From Amphiscolops sp. MND2022 (taxonomy: Eukaryota): a stretch of 64,000 nt of DNA. Below the pieces are notes generated by a model, which saw nothing but the letters and a program-made list of their open reading frames with translations, was not told where the DNA came from and did no database searches. Every line of letters starts with the position of its first letter. Within the stretch, counting starts at the first letter, position 1. The stretch is taken from assembly GCA_964187785.1 (NCBI GenBank), contig OZ076409.1, positions 41,480,001 to 41,544,000 of the forward strand, read 5' to 3'. The translations under genes were made by a program, and so were the position numbers. Shown here piece after piece: positions 11,467-23,833 of this stretch.

Positions 11467-12524
11467 CGGTTGTGCGTGTTGTCGTAGAAGTCTTAAAGTA
11501 GAACTGCTATAAAGAGCAGATAGATTAAGTGTAGAAGTGTCTGTACTAAGTCTTCGTGAAGGAAGATCTCGAAGATTATATCTATGATGTGGTACAAAAA
11601 GTGAGCCTGTTGTATCTTGTGTTGGAATGTATTCTGATGTATTGTCTAAGAGATTTGAGAGTGATGTAGAAGGTTTTCGAAGAGGTTTTAATGGTGGATA
11701 AAGTTTTGAAGGAGTAGTACTAAGATCTGATGGTCTTTTCAGTGAAGGTAATTTTGTATATTCAGTATCAGGGATTTGTACAAGATTGAGCTGAGGTTGT
11801 AGTCTAACAGTTTTGATAGCTGTAGGATGTTTGTAATTTACGTATTGTTCAACACTTTTAGGGTTTGGTTTGTGTACTATAGGAGTGTTAATAGGAGTTT
11901 GTTGAGTACGAGTGTTATAGGTATTTCAGTTATAGGTGGTCTATGATGGAGTGATGAAGATGTTGTTTCAGAAACGTATGATCTTGGTCGTTTAGAAAAG
12001 TAGTAGGAGTTACATTACTAGAGTTTGTAGTGTTTGATACTGAAAATTCAGAAGTAGAAGGAATACTTGGAGGTGATGGAGTTATATCAGAGGAAGAATC
12101 CAGGATTCTTGAAATGTTTTGAACAGGTTATCTTTGAGATAACTTGTTATTGGTTATCTTGCATTCAGCTGTAGTGACTAGTTTCGATAGAGCCAGCGGA
12201 TAGAATGATGGGGTTACAGTTTTGAGGGTGTAATAAAAAGTCTATAATCTAATTTGGGTTGTTGTCGTAGTTAATAAGTAGTTTTAGTAGTTCTGTCATT
12301 TAGAGGAGGAAGTGAAGTTGTTTGGTTATTAGAAGGGTGTCTTGATCTGTCACTAGAGATGTTAGTGTGAGGGGTGTTAATTATATGTTTAAAGAAGGAG
12401 TTGTCATTGGTTGAGGAAGTTAAAGACTTGTCATTGGATGTTGTAGATGGTGTATTTTGATTGGACGTTCTAAATGATGATGGTGTCACAAATGTTTGAG
12501 AATAATTATCCGTTGTGGATGGTG

Positions 12525-15500
12525 TCATGAATGTTTGAGAATCTTCGTCTGATAAGATTCGTCTGAGTTAAAAGGGGAAGAATCACTGTTTGCATATTTG
12601 GTAGGTTGTGGAATTTGGAATTGAGTTGTGCCTGAAAAGCGCATGAAATTACGCAAATGTGGATATAAGAGTGGTTCTTTTGGATAATATGGAATTAAAT
12701 GATTTCTATGAACATGTATTGTAGAGCCATCTTGTGCAAGTAGTTCATATGTAACATCTGATAGTCTGTCAATAATTTTGTATGATCCAATCCGAAGGGG
12801 TTTTAGTTTGTCAGAAAAGTGTACGTGTGTGAAATTGCGTTTTAAAACAAAGGTACCAATAGGAAGGGGTTTACCTTCGTGGTATGTTTTCGTAATGTAT
12901 GCGTGTGAATTGATTTTTCGTAAAATGTTTTCGTATACTGTGGAATAAATTTGTAACATAGCAGTTTCTACGGCGAGAAACCAATGTGGAATGGGTTTTG
13001 AAAGTGTTTTATAAAAAAATGGGTTAAGATCTGATTTATCATAGTGGGAGTGTTCTGGAAGTTGAGAGCAATAGCGCGAAATACATGATTTAGAGGTGTC
13101 TCTGTTAAGATTTAAATCGAACGTAAGGGGGATTCTGGGTCTGGAGTGAAAAACAATTTCATGAGGAGAAATACTGAGTTCTGAAAGTGGTTGTGAATTA
13201 TGTGCATAAGCGTACATATGGACTTGGAATGCCCAATCTTTAGGCGTGTCATGTAAGAACATTCGTAGATGTGTACCAAGGTTTCTGTTTTGTACTTCGA
13301 CAAGGCCATTTGTCCAAGGAGAGTAAGCTGTTCTTGGAGAATGACGAATTCCCATAAGTGTACAAAGGTGTGCCATTTCTTTAGTAACATATTCTGATCC
13401 ACGATCAGTGACAAGATATATAGGTGGTCCAAATTTAATATTCCAATGGTGTAGATAAGTTTTGATAGCAGTCTTTGCGTTGTTTAATTTGATGGGTACT
13501 GTAACAACAAAGTGACTAAAAGCGTCAATTATTACATGTATATATGATTTGTTGTGAGAAGGAGGATTAATAGGTCCTTTAGTGTCCATTGAAATGCGGT
13601 AATTGAAGGATGGAGTTCCTTCTGAAAAGGATTGTGTAGGAGCAGTTTGAAGTTTCATGTTAAAGTGTTTATTGCGTTGACATTCAATACAGTCATGTAT
13701 AAAAATGGAAAGCCATTTTTCAACAAATGGATTGTAGTAATATTGTGTGAATGTGTTATATGTAAGTTTGATGCCTGTATGGGAGTGTTCATGAAGTTTG
13801 TTAAAAACAGTTTTGAAGAGTCGAAATGGAAGACATATTCGAATAGTAGCGCGTACAAAATCTGGAGTGGAAGATTGGTTTAGAGTAGTAGGGTGTTTAG
13901 TATAAAGGCTAATAAGACTTGTGGAATCATCTATTAGAAGTTGTGTAAATCGTTTGTAATAAGCATGTAGAAAAGGAGTGCCAGTGATAAGTGGTGTTAG
14001 AGTCTAAGGTTTTTCATTTTTTTGATACAAGAATAAACAGTTCTAAGAACCGGGTCTTGGGATTGTTGTTGTTGAAGTGTTGTTATGTCTAATGAATAGT
14101 CATCTGGGAGGAAAAACCTTGAAAATAGTTTTTGTACTTAAAACATGATGTATCATAGAAAGGTATAATTTGTGGAGAATGTGTGAGAGATGGTAGATTT
14201 GGTTGTACATTTATTGCAGAAACAGATTTTTGTGTAGTATTTGGGGTTAATTGTTTAAGAGTAGAATAGTTTTCTGTTCGCAATGTTGTGTCATGTAGGA
14301 AAGAAGAGTAAGATTTTGGAATTCTGGTATAGATATGAACTTCGTCATCGCTTGTAACATCAGTATCATTGAGTAAGAGAGATTGTTGATGAAGGGTTTC
14401 ATTGTTTTTTTATAGGTGTTTTGAACTTGGTTTGAAAAGGAGGTATAGATTTGAATGAGAAAGTTTGTAACGGTTTGACAACAATGTCATTTCCTTTATC
14501 ATTGATACGAATAGAGAATTGATATGTACCATAATCAGCGAGAATTGGGTGAGAGTCATGTTTTTGTTGAGGTAAGATTTCTTCATGTTTAATTTAGTAA
14601 TGTACAGGTTTAAGAGTGGTATCTTGTAGAAGTGCAAAATCAATTTGTGGTGAAAGTTGTTTATGTTTTAATTGGTTGATTTGTGATTCAGCTTTTGTAA
14701 AAGAGCGACTTAACATATCGGCAACAGAGAGATTTTTTCCTGGAGTGTGAATAATTTTGAGTTTCGAAAATTTTGTTAGTTGCATTTGAGCTCTATAGAA
14801 ACGAGGACTAAGGTAACCTTTCTTTGTAAAACAATGTAATAAAGGTTTGTGATCAGTAAAAATGTGTATTGGATGGGGAGAACCAATGATAAGAAATTCA
14901 TAAATTTGGAGAGCATGTACTATACCAAGAAGTTCTCTATCAAGTGTGGAGAGTTTTTTTTCTTGTGGGTAAAGTATACGAGAGTTGTACGATATAACTT
15001 TCATTTTGTTTTGTTCATTTAATTGGAATAAGACAGCGCCTAATCCAATAAGGGAAGCGTCAATTGTAATGAAAAATGGATGTTTTGTATTTGGTATTGT
15101 AAGTTCTGTTTCAGAAGTGAAAGACATTTTAAGTTTTTGGAAGAGACTTTCGTGTTCGTCTGTCCATTTCCAAGGAGTGTTCTCATGTAAAAGATCGTAA
15201 AATGGTTTGAGGTTAATATGTAGTTTTTCAATAAATTTGGTGTAAAAATGAGTGCACCAATGAAACTCATCAGAGCGACTTTTCCAGTTGGAGAAGGTAT
15301 TTTATGAATAGCTGCAAGTTTCGAATGGATTGGTTTAATTGTATTGTAACCAATTTCATGTCCAAGAAATTTACCTTTAGGAATCATGAAAAAGGATTTT
15401 CAGGGGCTAGTTTAAGATTGTTTTTCGTACTAATATTGTGTAGTTGTTCGATAAATTGGAACATATGTTCTTTAGAGTCAGGTAAAAGTAATATATCGTC

Positions 15501-17135
15501 TATGTAGACAATAGCAAAACCTTGTTCTATAAGAGTTTTAAAGAAGGTAGACATTTGTTTTGTAAAGAAGTTTGGGAGTCCTTTGAGACCATAAAAGCCT
15601 CGGATGAAAGCGAAAAGTTTATCTCCTGAGGAGAAACTGGTAAGTTTAATAGTGTCTTCATCAAGAGGTGTATGTGCATAGGCATACATAAGATCAATAG
15701 CAGATTTGTACTTTTTGTTTGCGCGTGCTAATTGTGGAGAGAGAGGTTCAATAGGCCAAGATTCATCAGATTGTTTTGCATTGGAGTTAAGATGTCGAGC
15801 GTCTAATACACATTTTATAGTATCTCCCTTGGGGATTATAATGAGAGGGTGTAAATAAGTTGTGACATAAACGGGTTTGTCTTGTGGAGAGGAACCAGTT
15901 TGTTTGATAATGTTATATTTTTCGAGTTCTTTGAGAAGTACATAAAGTTTGTCTCGGTAGTGAATAGGGACTTTAGAAGGACGTTGTGTCATAAGTTGAG
16001 CATTAGGTTTGAGTCGAATACGGAAGGGTGTTGGAATTTTTCCAACATCGTTTTTATGAGTTGCATAACATGTTTTATACTTGAGTAACATATTGCAAAG
16101 AGTAATGTATTCGGTGTCTGTAAGGTGAGAAAATTGGAAGTTAAAATTATTAATTAGATTCAGGTTTTCAGAAATGTATGGTAGAGAAGGAAAAATGCGT
16201 TTTTCGGAAGTATGAGAAGTAGCCTGAACCTTATATAAAGGAGAAGTCTGATTTGGAATGTCATCGTTTGTCATATAAAATTGATGTAAAGAGATTGAGG
16301 AGGAGGGGTTGTGGGATCATCGTACTGTACAATTTAGTTAGTTTGTGGAACTGGTTCAGTGATTTCAGGATGGTAGGTATGAGTAACATTATGTATTAAA
16401 GTGTTAATATCACTATCTTGGAAGAATTTGGGTTTTTCATTAGTAATTGGAACTTCAATGTATCCAATATGTCCTGTAGGTAGTGTTGCAACATGTTTTG
16501 AGGTGTTTTGGATGATAGTTGCACAGATATCTGGTTTGTCATCAGTGAATACTTCAATAAAATTGAAATTTGTACGAAATTTAGTAGCAAAATAGGTATG
16601 AGGTACTGAAGGGAAGAATTGGGTTTGTGGTGTAGTTGTAAAATGGAGGTTATGATAAGTTTTTATTGGAAAGTGTGCAATTTTTGAAGACTTGGGTTTC
16701 AGGCGTATTTGAGTCTTTGAATTAATTCTTTAAATGTAAAAGAAATATGGAGAATCTTTAGATAGGAGTGTTGTGAACTTTGTATAATTTGGGTGTGTTT
16801 TTGATTGGTATTTGAATTCGAGTGTAAAGTCTTTTATGTTTATGTTTTGTATATTATCTTCAAAGCAGGGTGTGCCAAGAATGTTGTATTTTATATCAGC
16901 TACTGCAAAAGGTACTGAAAAGTAACGGGTGTTCTCATCAATAGTAGTGTTCAGAATTATTTTTGCATAGTGTAAAATAGGAACTTCAGTTTGGTTTGCA
17001 ACGGTTAATGTTTTGAATTTCGAGTTGGTCCAACATCGGAAGTGTGATTTGATCTGATATCTAAGAGTTTCGTAAGAGTTATGTATGTTGGGTAGTTTAA
17101 TACAGAAATAGAAGCACCGCTATCTAGAAGGAATG
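12525..17135 (-). pseudogene. pol: Pol: aspartic protease, reverse transcriptase, RNase H, integrase (frameshifted)
   Basis: Protease FLLDSGAS (17116-17124). RT CVLDARHLN, SAIDL, YGLKG, YIDD (15495-15506). RNase H IDAS..GLGAVL, RELLGIV, FTDHKPL. Integrase HEHSH...CIEC, ISMD, VTDRGSEY, NGLVE and a GPY/F-like motif. S/T/P-rich tail continues to ~11500. Confidence 0.95.
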
Positions 17136-20100
17136 CACTTTCCAATCTAGATGGGTTGTCTCTTTGTACTATACTTGATGGTGTATGTACATATAATGTA
17201 TGAAACCAACTTGTAGGTGTGACAGCATTTGCCATTGCTGTTGGGTGATACATGTGCACTTCAAATTTTATTGGGTCAGATTGGTCTTGTTGTTGTATCA
17301 TATTAATTTTGTTTCTAGAATTGGAGTGTGAGCGAGATCTAGAAAATCTAGAGTCTCTTGGTCTTGAAGGTGGTCTGTATGAATTTGTATATTTTGTGAA
17401 TTTGTTGTCTCCGGAATAGGAGCTTGATATGTATCTAGGACGAGAGTTTTGTCGATATGGAGTTCTGTATGAAGATCTGTAAGGAGAACGGTAGGACCGG
17501 GAATCACGTTTGTATGTATCATATCGTGATCTAGAGTAGTGTGGAGGAGTAGTACTTTTATCGTAACTAAATCTATCTCTAGATGTAGAACGGTATCGAT
17601 TTTGTGAATGGTTTTTATTGTAAGAGTTGTCTCTTGAGGTACTTCGACTTCGGTATCGATTGTCATAGTGTTTTGTTCTATCGTTTGAAGGAGAACGGAA
17701 GTATTGTACAAAAGATTTTTGTGGAGATTTAGATCGAGCATATGCTTCTCGTTTATCTTCATCATCTCGTTGTTTTTTGATACAAGCAGAAATGGAGTGA
17801 TTTGTTCTATGACAGTAAGAGCAATATTTCTTATATGCAGGTTTATTTTTGTTATTTGGATCTTTGGGTTGTGTAAACATAAGTTGTTCTTGAGATGAAT
17901 GTTCGAGAGTTTGAGTGTTCAACTGTTTTGTAATTTTGTTAATTTCAAGTGCAAGATCATATGTTCTGATTTTGTCGTTTGCGATATCTTTTGCGTCAAC
18001 AAGTTTTACTAATGTATGAAAAGGAATTGAAGCTTCTAAAACAGTGGAAGTGTGTTTTACTTGTCTTTTGTTTGCAAAGTCTTTAAGATTTTTTGGAAGT
18101 CCTTTTGTAAAGATTTCATTACATTTAAGGTTAATAGTGGATGCATTCTCATCACACCAGCCTTTTTCAACCAGCTGTTGAACTTTGAGTGCAAAATGAC
18201 GTACTGTTTCGTTATCTTTTTTGGTTAAATTAAGGGCTTCAACTTGAGCAAAATAAGCGTTCTTTTGTGAGGAAACTTGTTTTTTTGAAGGCTTGTACAA
18301 AAGCGTGCCAATCATGTTTATAGGTGTCGTTTAAACGAATGTACCAGCTAAGTGCTGTACCTGTCAAAGAGCATTGTATGAAAGCCATGCGACGAGCGTG
18401 CCAAAAGTTATAATCATGTTCTGATGTAGGTTGTAAACCTAAGGAAAATGAAACACGTGCCTCAATATGTTGTAAATATTCTTCAGGTGTATAATTATGA
18501 TCTAGTCCATCAAAAGGTTTAATGGGTTCCGATATAGAAGTAGAAGAGTTAATATATGTTGGTTGTGACATAGTATTATAAGATACAGTAGAGGGCGGTA
18601 TTGTATTGTAAGTAGGATTATTTGAAATATTAGTTAAAGAAGTAGTAGAAGTGTTATGAAAGTGATGGTTGGTTCTAATTGTTGTTGAAGGAGGATTTTG
18701 TATTTGGAATTGGGAAGTTTGTAATATAGGTGTGATTGTATTAGACGTATGTTGAAAAGAAAGAGTATTTAATGGATTGGGTGTGTTCTAATTTATCTGA
18801 GATTGTTGTGTATAACTTGGATTAGTACTAGTGAGACTGTACGATAATGGATTAGTTAATATAGTTTGTAATGGAGATCGGGAAAGATGTCTGGCAGTGG
18901 TATAATTGAAGGATGGGTTGGAATGAATGGTGTTAATATTTAATGTAGGTTGTGTAGTTGGTACTGGGTTAGTTTGAGCTGGAGTATAAGTTGAAGTTTG
19001 TATTTCAGCAGGTGATGGTGGGGTTGGTGTTTGAAAATGTACTGTATGAGTGTTCTGTGTAATATGGTGTGTATTTGATGAGCTTTGTTGAGGAGAATTA
19101 TGGGTGTTTATCTGAGTTGAGAATTGAGGTGGAACAGGAGGTGGATTATAATTTCGAGGAGATGGTACTTGTGTCTGAGAAGATTGTGTAACATTAGTAT
19201 TGGATGTAGATAAAACATAGGTATTGTCTGGATTTGTAGTGAAAAAGTTGTCTTGTTTTTGGTTGTTAAATTCATTTTGTGTAATATTGTGGGTAGGAAT
19301 TATTATAATATTTGAATCATCAGATATTGTAAAGCTTCGTGTATTTTGTACTGTTTCTTCAGAGAATTCCGATGTATCGTGAAATGTAGTTGTTTCAGAC
19401 GGATTTGGCTGTTGTATATCTGAGATTTGTGATAGTGGTGGGTATAGTGGTTGATCTTGAGGATGATCAGAATTTTGAAACAGGTTAGCAAGGGCTTCTT
19501 GTTCTGATTGTTCTGATTGTTGTCTCGTATATAAAGGTTCAACATTAGAGGTTTGTTCTTCAGAAGTTGTTTCAGGAGAAGTATCGGATGTATAAAAAGG
19601 TCTGTTATCTGATGTTTCAGAATGTTCAAGCAAAAAGTTGTGATCTAAGTTCATTTGTTCCAAATGTGTAACATTGAATGATGTAAGATCTCTGTATTGT
19701 AAATGTTTGTTTTCATTTTTGATAATGTATGGTAAATGTTCTATATGTGTTAATTTTTGAGGGAAGTTAATGTAAGCTTTTTGATCTTTTTGTTCCCAAA
19801 GTAATTGATAGTTAAATCTAAGAAACTTTAATAGGAAATGGGTGAGAAATTTTGACTTGAGGTATAGTGTCATCCGTGAGAATAATGTTGTTGAAGAATC
19901 TGTATTGAAAATTTTTCATTTGTAAAATATCTCGTTGTAGCCAATAATAAAGGTTATCATGTCTTTGAACTTTTGTGTCAAGATCAGGGACCTCGAAATA
20001 TTCAGATCTGTGTTTTAGTTCTTGTAGATGAGAAGGACAATAGAGTGGTGTGTTTTGGTTTTCATTGATTTCGATGAGTTTTTGCATATATGTGCGGAAA

Positions 20101-20394
20101 ACATCTTGTATAGAAATAAAATGTCCCAGAGTTTATTCCTTTAACTGGGTTAAAAATAACTTGGAAAGGGGTTTGTGATGATGTTATTTCAAGTGTTTTA
20201 TATCGAATGTAATAAAGATAAGAATCACAATGTTCTCGTGCTTATGGAATAGTATGTATTGTATGGTGTTCTGTTTCAAATGAAAGTGGATTTGTGTTCT
20301 GAAAAATGATGTTATTCAGAAAAGGTGTTACATCTTGTATGAGAGATCGATTTTGTCTTTTTTCTGTATTTAATGTAAATGGAGTAGGAAGCAT
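17136..20394 (-). pseudogene. gag: Gag with long N-terminal extension, capsid domain, CCHC zinc knuckle and RS-rich tract, in frame with protease
   Basis: Capsid-like PIKPFDG...LTGTALSWY...DWHAFVQAF and ETVRHFALKV...FTKGLP. CSYCHRTNHSISAC at 17782-17823. ORF 18788-19873 is in frame with the capsid ORF across one TAG. Confidence 0.88.
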
Positions 20395-20409
20395 TATATG
20401 ATGTAAGAT

Positions 20410-20784
20410 TTAGTTAGTAAAATAAGATTGCCATAAAGGATAGATGTAATGGAAAAGAAGATATTTTGTATTGAATTGTGAATTATATGGTAAGATTTGG
20501 TCTATGAATACAACTTGTAAGAAGATTGTAAGTGCTGTACTTATGAAAAGAAGAAATGGGTTTTGTATATATTGGATAAGCGTATAAAAGGTATGGTAGA
20601 TACTAAGCAGTCCAAAAAGAGGTAGTGCTATACTTCTTAACATAGAAGGAAAAAGTTGTACTTTAAAATTTTGGTATGAACGAAAATAAGAGTTTTTCAA
20701 GAAAAAGTGCACGACCGGCAACAAAGCAATAAAGAACCAAAAGCAGACAATGAGCTTGACTACAATGTCTATTGATGACGGCAT
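20410..20784 (-). CDS. 5' hydrophobic ORF with ~3 predicted transmembrane segments, same frame as the start of gag
   Basis: IVVKLIVCFWFFIALLPVVHFFL, IALPLFGLLSIYHTFYTLI, FLLFISTALTIFLQVVFI. Its TAA is 5 codons upstream of the in-frame ATG at 20394. Confidence 0.55.
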   Translation of the reverse strand: MPSSIDIVVKLIVCFWFFIALLPVVHFFLKNSYFRSYQNFKVQLFPSMLRSIALPLFGLLSIYHTFYTLIQYIQNPFLLFISTALTIFLQVVFIDQILPYNSQFNTKYLLFHYIYPLWQSYFTN

Positions 20785-21193
20785 GTACAATAGAGTTCAA
20801 TTAAGAGTGTGTCAAAGAGGTTGTATAAAAGTGTATTATATAAATGTAGGAAAAATAAAGTTTAATAGATTTGTTATAAATTTTAATTGTTATGTATTTG
20901 TTATGTATTTGGATCCGTAAACTTGTTTTGAAAGAGTTTTGTATGATGTTTGTACTATAGAAGAGAGAGAAAGAAAAGTGTTATAATGGTGTTATGTAAA
21001 AAATATATGTTATATAGGTGTGCCAACTTTAAAGTTGACCCTAGCGGCTAGAACCAAAGAATTGTTTACTAGCAGGTATCGCTGGATAGCACTGTAGAAG
21101 GGCCAACACGTATCGCACGTCTGCGGTTGGAACGGAAGAAAGAGAGAAAGCCAACACGAATTCACTCAGAGGTGATTGGAACGAAAAATTTTT

Positions 21194-21325
21194 ACTGGCA
21201 GGAATTACGCGAATAAACGAAGTCAGAACCAAGAAATATGACTGACAGGAATTACGTTGAGAAACGCAGTCAGAACCAAGAAATGTAACTGACAGGAATT
21301 ACGTGAGGAGACGTAATCAGAACCA
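21194..21325. repeat. 47-bp degenerate tandem repeat (3 copies) in the element's 5' leader
   Basis: ACTG(G/A)CAGGAATTACG...TCAGAACCA at 21194, 21241 and 21288. Confidence 0.85.
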
Positions 21326-21504
21326 TAGCAACACGAATCAATTTCTAGTGGAAATTGGTTGCAACGATGAAGTTAATAACGGTAGGCTATATTGAGAGGT
21401 GGAGAAACTGTGTGTCGAACAAAGAGATATCGGATGAGAAAGTCGAGAAAAAGTGTACAACAATTGTAGAGGTGTGAAATGAATGGGAGAGAAAGAAGAA
21501 TTTT

Positions 21505-21517
21505 CTTGGTCGCACCA
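21505..21517 (-). promoter_or_regulatory. Putative primer-binding site TGGTGCGACCAAG
   Basis: TGG starts 2 nt after the 5' LTR's CA end. Cognate tRNA not determined (TGGTGC resembles Gly/His acceptor ends). Confidence 0.75.
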
Positions 21518-21519
21518 AT

Positions 21520-21921
21520 TGAGCTGTTAAAAAGTGTTGTGGTTGTTTCTTTTAGATGTTTTATTACAGACATAAGAAGTCTAAGATTTTAACAGCAGGG
21601 TCGTCTTTCTTTTATCTCATAGCTAAGTACAATCTATTTCTGAGATCTCAGTTCTTGAAGTGCTGGAGGGAAGACCAGTCGTCAGGATGAATTCTCAATT
21701 TCTCCGAGTAGATATATTCTATTAACTAGGGTAGGTTTCATCAATTAACAAGGTGACAGCAACAGGATGAATCTAAGAAGCTTGTTACAGGATTTATTAA
21801 GTGAAGTTTCTTCTAGAATAATTAGCTTTCAAATGACATTACATTTACTAATTACTTTGGTTAAGAGTTCAGAGTATTTCGGATTTGTAGAATCTTTGAG
21901 GACATGCATCATGGCATCACA
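21520..21921 (-). repeat. 5' LTR (402 bp)
   Basis: Matches 3893-4304; adjacent to the PBS; TG...CA ends. Confidence 0.97.
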
Positions 21922-23673
21922 TTAGATCACATGAACAATTCTATTTTAAGACGCCACCTCTATTCACAACTCAATTTTGAACCGAGCTCCAGTCCTTTAC
22001 TCTCTGAATTCCTTCTTCAATGAACATAAAATTTCTGTGAAAAACGCTTCTCTACGATGCTACTCTATGAGAACTGTTTCTTCAAAACCGGTCGGATGAT
22101 ATATCTATTTTACTATACCACTACCCTCACCTTTATAGCCGCCTAGACACCTATGCACTTGTCTCGAATATCAATTTAACCTGCCTTGTATTCATAACGT
22201 ATTCTACTCTGTAACTGTAAAGCTTTTTCGATTTATACACTCCACCTCAGATCGGAAAATTCATTCTTGTGGAATAGTTGTTCATGTACTCAGACCTTAC
22301 ACTGTAGCTCTATTAGCGTCTTTCTGTGAAGTACTTTGTCAACGTCAGCCTTTTCCATCTGAAACAAACAAACCGTTCTAAAAGATAATATACCCAAAAA
22401 AACTGATTAACATTCTACTTTAAAGAATACCAGTAAGTTTATAGCCGGTTAAAACACATGTTACTAGGCAAGGTATTTTTTTGAACTTGGGAAATTTTGT
22501 AAAAGTCATCGACTGCACAGTCAGAAATACCGATTGCTTGTATCTAGTTACTTTGGTCCGCTTTAGTTATACCACCTGGCTTTCTGAATATTTCTCTCTC
22601 TGATTATGAAAAGCATTTGTCATTCGAATGTTAAAGAAACGTGTCAGACAACGTTTAGAGAATGCTGAAAAACCACTATAGGTTTGGTAATAAAAAACAA
22701 TTACTAAACAATATAGTATTTTCATAACACACTGAGAACACTTTATTGCGTACGGTAGAAACAAGATATGTATTAAATATTACAATCTTATACTTTCTTG
22801 GACCTTCTTTCTTTTCTTGTGTAAGTTTTCACAGAGAATCATTTTCCACGAGTTATTTCATCTTAGTTTTACTCAATTACCATTACTTTTAGCTCGCAAA
22901 GCTTCGAAGTCATCGCTTTTCAATATAGTCTTCTACATTTCGGAAGAGATGAAATTGTGAGATTACAAACTGTGAGGTTAATTGCCAAAGGCGCCAGTTT
23001 CTTTACAACCTGTTGTATTGCCTGTGATTTTTATTAAGAATTAGGATGCAAATGGTAAGCCGATCTGTCATTGAATGCCTCGTGCGAATAACTAGAAATG
23101 ACCATCATCAGTACCAGATATAAGAGGTTCTAGCTACAAACGATCATCAACTAAATTGATATATGAAATGATTGATGGTTCAAATCCTCACTACATTCCA
23201 CCATGCTAATTGGGTGAGATTTGACCAATAGTGTACCAAAATTGTCGACCGCTTGTCCGAGACAGCGAGTAAAAAGTTGATTCGCTAGATATTACTGTAG
23301 CTATTTTCGGACGGAACAATGTCGGGGCTTTTCGTCTACGCTTTATGGTGAAGTTTTGTGGTTGTCTTCTGCCACAAAATATTACCCCAAGATAGTTAGG
23401 TGTTTACACAATTTGTTTTCTCATGTAACGTCTGTCACTTCTGTAACGTCTTAGAGGTAGATTTCTTTTGTAATTTCACTCCGGACAATCCGTTCCTATT
23501 TTGCTATAACCAAATCAATTTTCCGAATTGAAACTTATGAATTTATTTCATGCCGTCGCGCATCAAGAACTCTATGATTCGAAGACTCCATGATACAACC
23601 CTATGATTTGAAATACAACTTGAATGTTTCAAAACCTGACTTCTGATTCATTCAAAGTTGAAAACGAACAATA

Positions 23674-23833
23674 ATGGCTCAAGTCAGTGGTATCCCAGAA
23701 GATGTTTTGATGTTCTACAAAGAATTGGATGAGTTCGAAATACAATTACCCGGTAACAAGGCAGAGACCTTTTGCTGTGATGAAACTTTGCTAGAAATGT
23801 CCGAGAAACAGTATCCGGAATGGAAAAACCAGG
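23674..23833 (+). CDS. Probable first coding exon of the NERD-helicase gene
   Basis: ATAATGG start, protein-like MAQVSGIPEDVLMF...QYPEWKNQ, donor-like G|GTTGGA. Phase does not match exon 2 directly, so a micro-exon or other site is needed. Confidence 0.45.

Larger units (their letters stand above)
3893..21921 (-). mobile_element. Full-length env-bearing Ty3/Gypsy (Metaviridae-like) LTR retroelement, 18,029 bp, with frameshifts and stops
   Basis: Paired LTRs with TG...CA ends. TTAG at 3889-3892 and 21922-21925 (TSD). PBS present. Domain order Gag-PR-RT-RH-IN, then env-like and extra ORFs. Confidence 0.96.

Noticed and set aside
21194..21325. 47-bp leader repeats as a CRISPR-like repeat/spacer array
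   Set aside because: The variable parts are diverged versions of each other; this is an ordinary degenerate tandem repeat.
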